Of a stretch of 64,000 nucleotides of DNA, positions 13,268 through 25,954 are shown in pieces. The notes beneath the pieces are model-generated. The model was not told where the DNA came from. It searched no databases and worked only from the letters and a program-made list of their open reading frames with translations. The DNA comes from the human T2T-CHM13v2.0 reference genome, Homo sapiens. The position numbers and the translations under genes are program-made. Each line of letters starts with the position of its first letter. Position 1 is the stretch's first letter. The stretch lies in the NCBI RefSeq assembly GCF_009914755.1, contig NC_060929.1, one strand, 5' to 3'.

Positions 13268-14650
13268 AGAGGAGTGCTGGTAAATATCTAGCGCTCTGAA
13301 AAAATTATATGCACACATATGCTTACATATTTTTAAAAAATAAGTTCTACTGATATAAGGGATGTTTGGCACATAATCAACAAATAATAATACAATATAC
13401 AATACTCTTTATTGTAAATGTCACACAAGCAATTGATCCTCAGAATGTTTTATTGAATTTGCTGAACTCCTGACTCTGTAGCCAACCTCTGGCTGCAATT
13501 GACAATCACTTTCAATATGAATGAGATGAAGGTTGGTTGATATTTTGATTTATGTTAGTGACACAAAAGTTTGACGAGAAGAACACAGTCGGAATTTGAC
13601 TCATTTGTCCGTGATGTGAGGGCTTCTTTGCTGAACTGCATAATAGTTTTCCAATACAGGGGAGAATTTTTTCCAACACAGGGAGACTTTTTTCTCAGTT
13701 CATTGTGCTCATTACAATAACATGACTAAAGACATGAGCCACCTTTACATTTGATTTCATATTTTACATTTTGTCCTCCATTACTTCTGTAAGTTTAGAC
13801 AGTCAACAAAACCAAACAAGGAAACAAGTCCTGCTGGGCAGCATTTGCCAGCCTCCATGGTGTAAATATTCCCGCGGGGATGCTGACCTCAGGCTGCCAG
13901 GGGGACTTCCGGGAGCGTCGGGCGAGGAGGAGCATGGCGGCCGTCCTCAGTGCATTTCCACCGCACAGGCGCGGGAGTAGAGGCGTGCAGAGGGTAAAAC
14001 GGGAAGCTTCTTTAGTAAGCATTGCCTTTAAAAATACAATTTATTAATTTTAAATTTATATAGTAATGTCATAATGGCTTTCAAAATGGCTGTTTTTAAC
14101 AATAGCCATTAGTAAATTTTTAAATAATGGCTATTTTTAATAACTAATATGGGTTTATTTTAAACATTTTTAAATAATGGCTACTTTTAACAACTGATAT
14201 GGTTTGGCTCTGTGTCCCCACCCAAATCTCATGTTGAATTGTAATTCCCAGTGCTGGGGGAGGGACCTGGTGGGAGGTGATTGTATCATGGGGCGGATTT
14301 CCCCCTTGCTGTTCTCGTGATAGTGAGTGAGTTCTCATGAGATCTGGTGGTTTACAAGTGTGGAGCTCTTTCTCCTTTGCTCTGTCTTTCTCTCCTGCCA
14401 CCATGGTAAGACCTGCTTGCTTCCTCTTCACCTTCCACCATGACTGTAACTTTCCTGAGGCCTCCCAGCCATGCTTCCTGTACAGCCTGCAGAACTGTGA
14501 GTCAATTAAACCTCTTTTCTTCATAAATTACCCAGCCTTAGGTATGCCTTTATGGCCATATGAGAATGGACTAATACAACAACCATCTTGCAAAATCCCC
14601 AGACATGTAAAAGTTGCCGCTCGGGGATTACACAGACAACTGTACATGAG
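13268..14650 (-). mobile_element. hAT DNA transposon fossil (MER63/Blackjack-like), interrupted by an MST LTR
   Basis: Terminal cagaggagtgctggtaaata, internal gcatttgccagcctccatggtgtaaatattccc, and ttttaacaac|aaccatcttgcaaaatccc resemble the recalled MER63 consensus in reverse. Confidence 0.6.
14195..14578 (+). mobile_element. MSTA-type ERVL-MaLR solo LTR
   Basis: tgatatggtttggctctgtgtccccacccaaatctc...attaaacctctttt...gactaataca; TG..CA ends; 5-bp TSD ACAAC at 14190-14194 and 14579-14583. Confidence 0.93.
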
Positions 14651-15372
14651 CCCAAGCTGTGTTTCTCACACTCTGTCTTTTTTGTCAGGTTATTCATATC
14701 CAGATTTTTGCTATTTTTAAGATTTGAATTGAGTCGCTTTTCTGTGGTCTTGTTTTAACTTTCTTGTAATTCATATGGTATTGGAATAAAACGTTTCTTG
14801 AAATCTTGATGAAATTTGCCTATAAATCCTCTTGCCCTAGAAACAGTTATGGGAAAAAATTTTGACTTTTTTTAGTTCCATTGGTTATTACTGATAACCT
14901 CAAAATTTCTTCATCTTGAGTTGATTATTTATATTTACCAAAAAATTATGAATTATACCAATGTATTTAATTTATTTTTATTTTAATTCCTCTCCTTATA
15001 CTCCTTATACAAATTCCAGTGGTTCTCTGGAGAGCTAATTGTTTGGAGTGTGGATCTGACTTGAGTTTCTATGGGAGCCTGTCCCCCAGCCTCTAGTCCC
15101 TTTTGTCCCAGCCCACACAGCTGGTGGTGGATGGGGCTGGCTTTGTTTTAAAGGCAGGATGATGGTGGTGTGAGTTCTTCAGAAAGAGGCTTCTCTAGAG
15201 AGAACCAGCCTTACCATCCAACTAACCACTTCAGATTCTCTGAATAAAGGAAGACATCAAGAGAACAGCATGGTCCCTGAATCCACACAGGTGCCCTCAG
15301 CAGGCTCAGCCCACGCGGCCCCTCCTGTGCCTAAGCTGGGTGGGCTCCGAGTCAAGGACTGCTCTGAGTGTG

Positions 15373-15460
15373 GAGAGAGCTGGTTACAGGGAGCTAGTTA
15401 CAGAGAGAGAGAGCTGGTTACACAGAGCTGGTTGCAGAGAGCTGGTTACACAGAGCTGTA
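15373..15460. repeat. Short minisatellite, core agagctggttac
   Basis: About 5-6 degenerate units read directly. Confidence 0.8.
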
Positions 15461-15584
15461 GACAGTGAGATGTGGTAGACCAGTGGTGGGTGGACAGGGT
15501 GGCCGAGCAGGCAAGGGAGTCTCACCAAGAAGCAACCTGCAGAGAGATTGAGGAGGAGTTTCCCAAGGAAGGGGGTTTACCTTA

Positions 15585-15914
15585 GGCTGGGCTTCATGAC
15601 AGGCCGGGGGCTCCAATAGCAGACATTTATTCCCACAGTTCCAATGCTGGACGTCCAGGATCAGGGTGTGGGCACAGTGGTGGGCTCTGGGGAGGCCCCC
15701 TGGCTCTGAGGGCTGCCTTCTTCCTGTGTCTTCATGGGATGGAAAGAGTGGGAGACACAGTCAGCTCTCCCTGTCGGACACTGCCCCATCTTGAGCACAC
15801 CACCGTCATCGCCTGATCTCCTTCCTCTCAAAGTCCCACCTCTTGATGCTACCACCTTGAGGGTGAGCTTTCAAAATAGGAATTTGGTGGGGGACACAGA
15901 CATTCAGACCATAC
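15585..15914 (-). mobile_element. MLT1 (MLT1A-like) MaLR LTR, decayed
   Basis: agacatttattcccacagtt...gtccaggatcaggg...gaatttggtgggggacacagacattcagaccata. Confidence 0.8.
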
Positions 15915-17322
15915 CTGGGATGTAAGCAGAATCTTGGTAAAGAAGAGACACAGGGCGTTCCTGGAGGAAGGACAGCAGGTGAGGGCAGGCAGAGGCAGGG
16001 TGGGGCTCAGGGACAGCCCGTATGTCTCCAGGCAGGGGACACAGCACTTCCCATGCCCACCCCAGCCTGTTCTATGCTTGTTCATTTATTTTAAGAATTT
16101 CAGTGTCTTCAATGGGTTCATTCAAAACCCAATTCCATACAAAAACATGGGAATTCCCCTTAATTTTTCAATAGATTTAGAGTTTGTTACTACACTGCAT
16201 AGTTACTGTCCATCATGTTCATCATTTCGGACTGTCAGATTCTGCCTTCACACATCTCACTGCAGCCAAGTCAGGTTTGTAAAGGGCTCTAGTGCTGCAG
16301 CCTCCAGGTCCTCCTCTGCTTTTCTGTGCGGCCACCCCAGCCCGCAGGCAGCTCCTCCAGGCCTCTCTGTTTCTGCTCAGGAGGCTCCTCCTACCTGGTG
16401 CAGCTTCCTCTATCCATTCTTGTTTGAGAAATACCTGTTCCTCCTGGCCGCTCTTCCCAGGGTCAGGGCTGGCTGTCGTCACCTGGGGTGCCCTGCGGTC
16501 GCAGGCAGCACTGACCCCTGCAGCACAGCTCACAGCTGCTCACCTGCCTGCACCACCTGTGTGCAGTCCGGAGGATCGGCGGGAGGCAGATCTACATGCA
16601 GGGCCGCTCACACCTGTGAGCAGAATACATATGTGATATTGGAAATAATGAAAACAACTTCTAGTTAGTCAAACTAAAAGGAAAAAAATTAGATGGCTTA
16701 AAAACATTTGCAAATTTGTCGAGCAATGGAAATTAAATTATTCATACTCCGCACAAACCCTCTCTAAATCCACTGATGATCATTTATCGCATTCCTGAGA
16801 GAAATGAGTGGACTCTTAATATATTTTTTAATCTGATGTCATTTATATCGTACCAATTAAGTTATTACTGAAAGAAAGGGTGAAATTGTAGTTAAATTAT
16901 GTATGGAAAAGGTGTGGCGATGAAAACATCACTTAAACCTGTTAGCATCTTGGATTTTCTATCTGTAAAACAAAACATTTTATCTGAATTTGGCAACCAA
17001 ACAGCACCTTAGGAAAATGGTGATGCTTATTAAACCCAGAGAGAACCCTGGAAGCCTAAGCCTGCTAGGTGCAGCTGCAGGGAACAATTTCCCTTCCTAA
17101 ACGCAGGAATTCTTCCCTGAGAAGGCATCTGTGTTTCAGCTTTTGTGTTTGCAAAAGGACGACCTGCATGCTTCTGACCCCAGGAATGGGCGGCTTGGAG
17201 TCTTCCACGGTTGGCCCAGTGTTGACCGTTAGCAGAACAGAAGGGGGGCATGGGTCCAACGCTGTAACTGGCTTGTGGCTGCTATCACGGACTCATGGTG
17301 GGCAGACCTGTGCCTGCAGGAG

Positions 17323-17546
17323 AGTGGTGAGGGGAGGGAGGTGGTGAGGGGAGGGAGGTGGTGAGAGGAGGAAGGTGGTGAGAGGAGGAAGGTGGTGAGG
17401 GGAGGGAGGTGGTCAGGAGACGGAGGTGGTCAGGGCAGGGGAGTGGTGAGGGGAGGGAGGTGGTGAGGGGAGGGAGGTGGTGAGGGGAGGAGAGCTGGTC
17501 AGGGGAGGGGAGTGGTCAGGGGAGGGAGGTGGTCAAGGGAGGGAGT
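17323..17546. repeat. G-rich 17-bp minisatellite GGTGGTGAGGGGAGGGA, about 13 copies
   Basis: Direct reading; several G-runs per unit. Confidence 0.95.
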
Positions 17547-19679
17547 CCTGGAAGAGGCTGGGGGTGAGATCCACATTCACACAGCAAACCTGAAGCCACT
17601 ATTTGAGTAATTCAAGGTCAGTCGATTTTATTCTAAGAAAATAAAGTTTATTCTGCATGAATTATTCACATAATCATTTTCAATAAACATGTATAGTTAT
17701 TTAGTACATAAATCTATTTATACGTATCAATAACATTCCTTGGTAAGTTTTACTAAGGAAAGTAAAATGGAGAGTTTTCCATCTCGGACTCGTGGAGTTG
17801 CCCCAGGGACTGTGTGAAGGGCTGGGAGAGCCGCCTTCTGTCAACCAAAGTGTGTGTCCTTCGACCCCTCCAGACTGGCCTCCTCGCTACTAACAAGTGA
17901 ATCAACTGCCTTTCCAGAATGACAGCATCCTTAAGTGGACAGAGGGTGTGGTCAGACCGTCCTGGCCTCTTCCCAGTCTCTGACCTGCCTCACTCAGACC
18001 CTGTGCCAGAAGGTGGCTGGGGTTGGAGGGGGAGGCTGGAGAGGCTGCCATGTTTGAGGGATTGAAGTCTCCAGGCCAGGGTCTGAACGTGTGTTCTTGG
18101 GCCCCAGTGGGGAAGCATTGCTTACGTAAAGCCGTCGAGGGTCCCACAAAACCATCCAGCCTTAAGAAGGCTCTGAGCAGTCCTGCAGAAAGGCAGCCCA
18201 TTTAAGCCAATTTACCCAGAGTTTCCCGAATTTATTTACCCAAGCGAACCCCTTTTTCCTTAAAATGTCTGTGAATCAATCATGAGATTGAAAGGTTTCA
18301 CGCCCTTCTCTGCTTGGGTGCTATTCTCTACCTCCATGAACTGTTCTTGCTGTTCAAATCTGAGTAGAAATCCTGGACATTTGGATTTGCTTGATTAGAA
18401 AACCCTTGTTCTGATGAAATAAGTATCTCAACAATGAAATGAGAGCCACCACAATTCACAGGCATGGAGAAGGGCTCTTCCCTGACGTCTGCTCTCTCCT
18501 GTCTTCAGTCAGATGCGCTCAGCCCCCAGGACAGCCAGGACAGCTGTGTGGCAACCCAGCCTTGCAAAAAAAGATCAGCCAAAAATGAGACAGCAGCTGC
18601 CTGCAGGGAGTGGTGGTCGGGGCCACTGAAGGGCGAGGTTAGGGGATGTGAAGGGTTCCAAGTCAAGAAGGCAGCGTTGATTGACATACACATGGAGCCG
18701 CTGGAGCTCGGACTCACAGCTCATGATCTTGGCTTCATAGCGTCCCTTGAAATTCCGGCCCACGGCCCACGGCCCACGGCTCTCCCACGACCCCTGGGCC
18801 TTTCCTCTGGCCCCAGGTCAATGGTATCTTCCTCATCAGCTCTCTTCTTTGACTTTCCTTTTTTCTCTCGCTCTCTTTTTAAGATAATGTTTTAAACACC
18901 TTTTCCTTCGCAGGAAAGGCTGGAGGGCAGCTGCTCCCTCCACCCTCTGCATGCGGTGTCAGTGGGAGCCTCTCTGCTCTGATAAGGGCCAGACGCCATC
19001 CCCGGCTGGGCTGGGCTGCCAATCTATAATGTTCCTGGCCATGATTAATCTGATAAATAATAAATATATCAATCTAGTCTTTTAGACAAGGACAAATTCC
19101 TACCAGCAGGGAGGCATGAGGCCTCTTTTACAGCTGCCTGTAGTGCTGGGATTAATTATTTAATGCTTAATTCTTCGGGAAATGAGAAAGTTTTGATTAA
19201 TGCTGTCCAGTGTGGTTTCTTGCGTGTTTGATATGTGTCAGATAATTTTTCCTCGGCAGTCACTCTGAAGAAGCCAGAGGCTTCTGTCACGGGGATCAGA
19301 CACCAAATTTCTAGAGATTAATTGAAGTGAAAATTTAGAGAAAAGCACCATAAGTGCCCGCCTGAGATAACCTTTCTGGGCTGAATTTGGCTTTATCCGG
19401 GGGGCAGGACTCACTGTGCCTTTATGTAAAACACTGATTTTCATTGCTGTGAAAAACCAGATTTGGTTTCTAGTAGATTTTTTTTTCATCTTTCTACCAA
19501 CTTAACAGGATTAAAATAGTTGCTTGGCAGATGTTTCATCATTAATTCTATATCTGGTAAAATAGTAATGGGTGGATATCAAAAGTCAATGTTTCTTTAT
19601 GATTCTGAAGCCCATTCAGTGAATTGGACTCAAAAATCCTTCTGTGGAGTTCAAGTCCGGTTTCAAAACTTCAACTCCT

Positions 19680-19735
19680 TCTCTTCCTCCTCCTCCTCCT
19701 CCTCCTCCTCCTCCTCCTCTTCCTTCTTCTTCTTT

Positions 19736-19780
<45 letters not shown>
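19680..19780. repeat. Compound (TCC)n and (GA)n microsatellite
   Basis: Direct reading. Confidence 0.95.
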
Positions 19781-19784
<4 letters not shown>

Positions 19785-19880
19785 GGGTCCTGCTATGTTG
19801 CTGAGGCTGGACTGGACCTCCTGGGCTCAAATAGCCCTCCCTCCTCAGCCTCCAGAGTAGCTGAGATTACAGCGCACACT
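19781..19880 (-). mobile_element. FLAM/AluJ monomer fragment
   Basis: ggggtcctgctatgttgctgaggctgg...ctcctgggctcaa...ctcagcctccagagtagctgagattaca. Confidence 0.8.
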
Positions 19881-19897
19881 AGGACAAAACATGTCTT

Positions 19898-20323
19898 TTT
19901 AATTTTTCCTTCAGCTTTTATTTTAAGTTCTGGGGTTCGCGTGCAGGATGTGCAGGTTTGTTACATGGGTAAATGTGTGGCATGGTGGTTTTCTGCACAG
20001 ACCATCCTATCGCCTAGGTATTAAGCCCAGCATCCATTAGCTATTCTTCCTGATCCTCTCCTTCCCCCCGGCCCCCACAGGCCCCAATGTGTGTTGTTCC
20101 CACCTCCATGTGTCCGTGTGTTCTTATCGTTCAGCTCTCATTTTTAAGTGAGAACATGTGGTTCTTAAATTTGGTTTTCTGTTCCTGCATTAGTTTGCTG
20201 AGGATAACAGCTTCCAGCTCCGTCTACATCCCTGCAAAGGGCAGGATCTCACTCCTTTTTATGGCTGTATAGTAGTTCATGGTGTATATGTGCCACATTT
20301 TCATTATCCAGTCTATCTCTGAT
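19898..20323 (-). mobile_element. L1PA 3' end (older primate subfamily), 5'-truncated
   Basis: ttttaagttctgggg...gtgcaggatgtgcaggtttgttacat...agtgagaacatgtgg...ccacattttcattatccagtc; TSD-like ggacaaa(a/g)catgt at 19882 and 20324. Confidence 0.92.
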
Positions 20324-20493
20324 GGACAAAGCATGTTTACTATAAACAATGATCTGTGTTTACTACAGCCAATAACTACCTGATCTCCATCTGCTCTACA
20401 AATCCATATTTTCCAGAGTTCTGACTCAAAGACAAGGTACACTAATACATGAACTTCCTTTCATAATACCCTGACTTCTGCTCAAACCCATTA

Positions 20494-20712
20494 GGACCGT
20501 TAAATGTATGTCAGCTGCATGTGTGTCCCTCTGTGGGTGCTGCCAAATGGCTAGGACAGAAGGGCTCCGGGGTTCCGGGGCTCCGGGGGTCAGCAGGGAG
20601 GAGGGGGTCAGTGGCCCTGCCCTCCCTCCCATCACACCCTCCCACAGGTAAACCCCTTCAACCAACCTCAGGAACGCTCCCAGGTGACAAGGCTTCCCAT
20701 TTCTACCACTTC
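20494..20712 (+). repeat. Dispersed direct duplication, copy A (partner 21971-22172)
   Basis: ggaccgttaaatgtat...ggacagaagggctccgggg...gtggccctgccctccctcccatcacaccctcccacaggtaaaccccttca...ggaacgctcccaggtgacaagg is shared by both sites. Confidence 0.95.
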
Positions 20713-21275
20713 TTTTTAAAATGCCCATTTCCACAGAGACTGAAGTTTCCACTTTGCCACTGTGTTTCTATCTTAATGTGGTGATTATGGACTAAGAAAC
20801 CCCTTGCTCAGAAAGGAGGAAGGATGCACACAGTGAAAGTTAAAGAAAATTGAACCAGATTTATGATGAGGACCAGTTTCCTTCAGGACCTGACGCTCAC
20901 ACAAATGCAAACCAGCTTGGGTCAGTTCACAGAGACAATTTTCCCCTGCTCTTTAAAAGACTTTAAAAGAGAATATTTTAGCACCAAAGCCGCTAAAGCC
21001 TTCTTCCAGGGCTCTTCAGCCCCACAGTTTTCTCCCAGGTCCTCGCCCTGCTTTACTATTGACCTGTATCTAAGGGTTCCGAAGGCACATGGCTCTCTCC
21101 TGTCCCACAGCCTCCTGCAGAGAGAGCATGTAGCAAAAAGGAAATAATGATGCAGAACGAAGCATCGGGGGCACCAGCCCGGAGTTATCTTCCGCCATTT
21201 ATAATGTGCACTGTCCTCATTGAAAAGTTGATGAAATGGCTGTGTTGACCAAGTGACCAGGGCAGACTATATTTC

Positions 21276-21572
<297 letters not shown>

Positions 21573-21970
21573 CAGGGCAGAGTATATTTCTAATTCAAAT
21601 TAAATTTGCCAATCAATTAAGTTCAACCATTAGCAAATTCTGAAAAGCAGGCAGCTTATACCACTTAAACAGCCTATGTCCAAGCCACATCTGGAGTTTC
21701 AAGTCAAACTGGAAAAGTGGTCTCGGGTCAGGGAGAGAGGCTTAGGGTGGAAGGTGGAGGGAGAAGAGGCATTTGCATCTGAGATGCTGGAGGTGAGAAA
21801 ACCTTACACTGGGGCTGGCATAAAGAAAATCCACGTCTAAACTATGGGAAAAATCAGAAAAATGGAACATTTTTGGTATTTTGCATCTTTCTTCTATCCA
21901 GCATACCTTGGAACCCCAATGATGCATAGAAGTTCATTCTTAGTGTGCAAGAGCTTTTATAACAGGCACT

Positions 21971-22172
21971 GGACCGTTAAATGTATATCAGCCGCATGTG
22001 TGTCCCCCCGTGGGTGCTGCCACGTGGCCAGGACAGAAGGGCTCCGGGGCTCTGCGGGAAGGGGGCCAGTGGCCCTGCCCTCCCTCCCATCACACCCTCC
22101 CACAGGTAAACCCCTTCATCCAACCTCAGGAACGCTCCCAGGTGACAAGGATTCCTATTTCTATCACTTTCT
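21971..22172 (+). repeat. Dispersed direct duplication, copy B (partner 20494-20712)
   Basis: Same sequence as copy A, lacking about 20 bp of internal ggctccggg repeats. Confidence 0.95.
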
Positions 22173-22194
22173 CTTTGCTCAAAGCTGGGTTAAA

Positions 22195-22310
22195 TTTGCC
22201 CATTTTACAAATGAAGAACTTTGGCTCCGGGAGATTTGCTGAATTTCCCACATTCAGGAAGTCAGGATGTGAATCTGGGTCTTAGCCTCCAAATCCCGTA
22301 TCTTTTCCAT
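22195..22310 (-). mobile_element. MIR SINE fragment
   Basis: cccattttacaaatgaagaactttggctccgggaga...gatgtgaatctgggtc...ctccaaatccc resembles the MIR core. Confidence 0.65.
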
Positions 22311-23205
22311 TTCTTGGAACAGCGTGGAGAAGCTGGTGCCTGTAGGCCCGCTCCTCTCCATGCTAGGGGTGGACTGCTGAATGCCCTGGGTAAACCTCTG
22401 GCTTTAACACAGAGGGAGGCGTGGAGGGGAAGCTCCCTAATGGGGGTGCTTTTAGGCTGCAGAGTAATGGACAGAGCTCACAGAAAACAGAAGACATGGC
22501 TCTCATCTCTCTCTCTTTCTTTCTTCTCTCTCTTCACAAACTTGTAAATTTGAGCCAAGTCTAGGCCTCCCCAGAAGAAATGCACACACCTGCAATTTGC
22601 TTTTGCATTTTCTCACTGTCGTGTACAAGAGAAGATGGTCCCTGAAGCTCATGAGAGGGGACAGAAGAGCCTCTGCCCATGGATGCTGCCTGTGCCCTGG
22701 GAGTCCCCAGCCCTTCCAGGGCCCTGGGACAGAGTCAGGAGGCACCAGGGATGGAGGACTTGAGGCCTGCAGCCGCCTGTCCTTACTTGTTGAAGACCCC
22801 ATTCTTCAGGGGCCAGTCCCGTATGCACTTCCTTCTCCAGAGTCTCCCAGACAGCCAAGGAAGCATACAGCATGGGAGCAGGACCCACCACGGCCTGGCT
22901 GAGTGTGTGCACCCTGCCAGCTCCTTCACTCCTCCAGGGGCATCTGAGGGTGGGATGAGCACAGAGCCAGGAACAGCAGGGGCCACCAACAGGAGGCTCC
23001 CCTACTGGGTGCTGACCCCCTGCGCCGGCATCTGTTGGAGTCTCCGGCCCCGTGACAGTCCCTACACTGCTGACCCTCACGCCTCTCAGGTCCACATTTC
23101 AGTCTCACATGTGTAGCTCAAGGCCCCACCGCCAATGATCAGGTGTTTCCTGAAATGACAGGCCTCAGGCCTCTCCCTTCCTGTGGTCCCTGAGGCTGTG
23201 CTGGT

Positions 23206-23680
<475 letters not shown>

Positions 23681-24659
23681 GCAAACCTGAGGCACTGGTG
23701 TCTGTGAGTCGTCACGGGAGAGGGACCGGGTGGTTACCCTTCCCTGTGGAATCACTGCCTCAGAGAGAAAGAGAAAGGAGAGGAAGCTCTGTCTGCCGGA
23801 GGAGGTTTGGCCATCTGGGGGTGCAGGGCGGTGGGTGGCGAGTCAGCCGTGCACAGGTCTGTGGAGAGTATGGATGGGAGCACAGCCAGGTCTGCTGAGC
23901 ACTGACGCTCCACGATGCTGCCGGCTTTCCCCATGGCGTGTATTCCACATATGCTCAGTCTCCCAACTGCAGGTGTGTTTATTACAGGGCCCTTGTCCTC
24001 TGTCGTCTACATCAGACCTGCCTCGTCCCATCCAAGCCGATCACCTTCTGAGAGGACCTGGCCCCCGAGCTCAGGAGCACCCCAGCTCTCAGGACACAGC
24101 CCCTCGTGGTGGGACAGCGCCTGCACCTGCAGCCCTGTAGCCCCTGCACAAGGAATTTGTTGAGGGAATTTGTATTTTCTGCTGCTTTCTCCTTGAACCT
24201 ATTTGCATTTTAAATAATTAAAACATTAAAGCTGAAAAATTTATAAATGAGAGTGCTAAGAGAATCCTGCCTGGCAGACGGTAGAGAAAAAATCATTGCC
24301 CTGTTAGGTTTGCGCCAGTGTCCTGTCTGTCATTCTCCCCAAGGTGCGTCCACTGCTGTGGCTCGGGCCTCAGGCAGCTCTCTGGTGCACACACACAGTG
24401 CAATGGTGCACACACACACAGCATCACAGCAGACAAACTCACACGCATGGCCAAAGATGCCCCCACCCAGCGTCGTACACAAGCACATCCTTCCTCCTCC
24501 ACACCCACCTCTCTCGAGACCCTGCCGTCTACCCCCTGACGCTTCAGGACTCTATGGAGGAAGACTTTGATCTCATTATTGGAACAACCTAGATGGAATC
24601 TCATCGGTCCTCAATAACCCTGTTTTCCCTTTCCCACTCCGTTTACTTTTCCTCTAAAA

Positions 24660-25270
24660 GTTCACTTGGAGGAAGGGAAGGGTGGCGAGGGTGGTGGGAG
24701 CGGCGGGCGGCGGGGAGTGACAGGCGCTTGGTCCGGCGCGGCTTTGCCTGGTTGTAACAAGCGTCGGGACATGCGGAGCCACAGAAGCCGGGCTGGCCAC
24801 ATCATCAATCACGGCGCTGACAGCCGCCTTCAGTTTGTTTGTTCCACTTTGCATAATAAGTGATCGGATCAGGTTTAATTAGATATTGGGTAATCAATCA
24901 TTGCCAACGAGGCAACTCAGCTTGGGATCTAGATGCTGCAAGGGGAAAAGGCAAAAAAATAAAAACATAAAAAAACCAGCAAATCTCATCTTGTGTGCAT
25001 AAATACTCCAGCCCATGAGCACACACCGTGGTGTGTGACCGAGAGAGGTATAGAGATGTCTGCAAGACGCGAGGAAGAGAATAATTCACATCTGTGCTGC
25101 CGCTTCCCAGACAGCGCCGGCTGACATTTTACTTTCACTGCATAATTACTTTTCAATATAATATAATATGCAGACCTGAGGGAGGAAGGAAAAGCAATTA
25201 AATTATGCTCCCGCCGCCAGCCCCAGAAGTGACCAGGAGCTGTCGTTACAATGCGTAACAACTTAGGTTG
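24660..25270. promoter_or_regulatory. Candidate developmental enhancer (CpG-rich part followed by TALE/homeodomain motif cluster)
   Basis: Unique sequence with retained CpGs; ATCAATCA at 24804 and 24893; TGACAG at 24718 and 24818; TTTGCATAATAA at 24848; TAATTA at 24876. Motif-based only. Confidence 0.5.
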
Positions 25271-25954
25271 AGGTACGAGACCAACTAGGGCGTCCTGCCT
25301 TTTGGGGGCCCAGTCTCCGTGCGGGAGCCTCAGAAGAGCCTGGTATGGTGTTCCATCACCAGCTGCGAGACGCTCAGGTTATGGCTTCCTGCTTTAATAT
25401 CAGTAGCCAGATCTATGCCACAGCTCAGGAGATCCAGGGAGAAAATGGGCCTCAACCACGGGTTAGTATTTATGTATTTATTTAAAAACTCCATTTAACC
25501 TCATGGGTGGCGAGAACAAGGAACATCATTGCATCCATTATGTGGATGTCAAAGGTTATGTCAATTCTTGTATGCATCTAATTAGACACAAAGACCGCCA
25601 GGTCTATTACAAACCTGGGGACTCTGAGTGTTCATCAAGGGTCAGGAGGCAGACCCCTGTGGCCTTCAATGCCCATTTGCACCACTCCTAATTTCTTTGT
25701 GTTATAAATAGATACACCCTTCCTGATTCTGATTATAATTCCTGTGCATGAGAGGAATGGGCACCTCCAGCTCCTGAAAGAACTGATCCTTCCGCATTCC
25801 TCAAGGGGTGAGCTGGGAGGGCACCTCTCTCTTTCCTCCTGTCCTCTTCACATTGCAGACAGAATTTTTTAACTACCTATTCCCCTGGAAAGAGGACATG
25901 TGTGGGTGTGTTACAGGTAAACCAAAGATTCTATGGCTTGGTAGAAGTTTCTGC

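Noticed and set aside
15934-16668. 244-aa ORF
   Set aside because: Non-ATG start, no recognisable homology and no clear exon structure; a chance ORF in GC-rich DNA.
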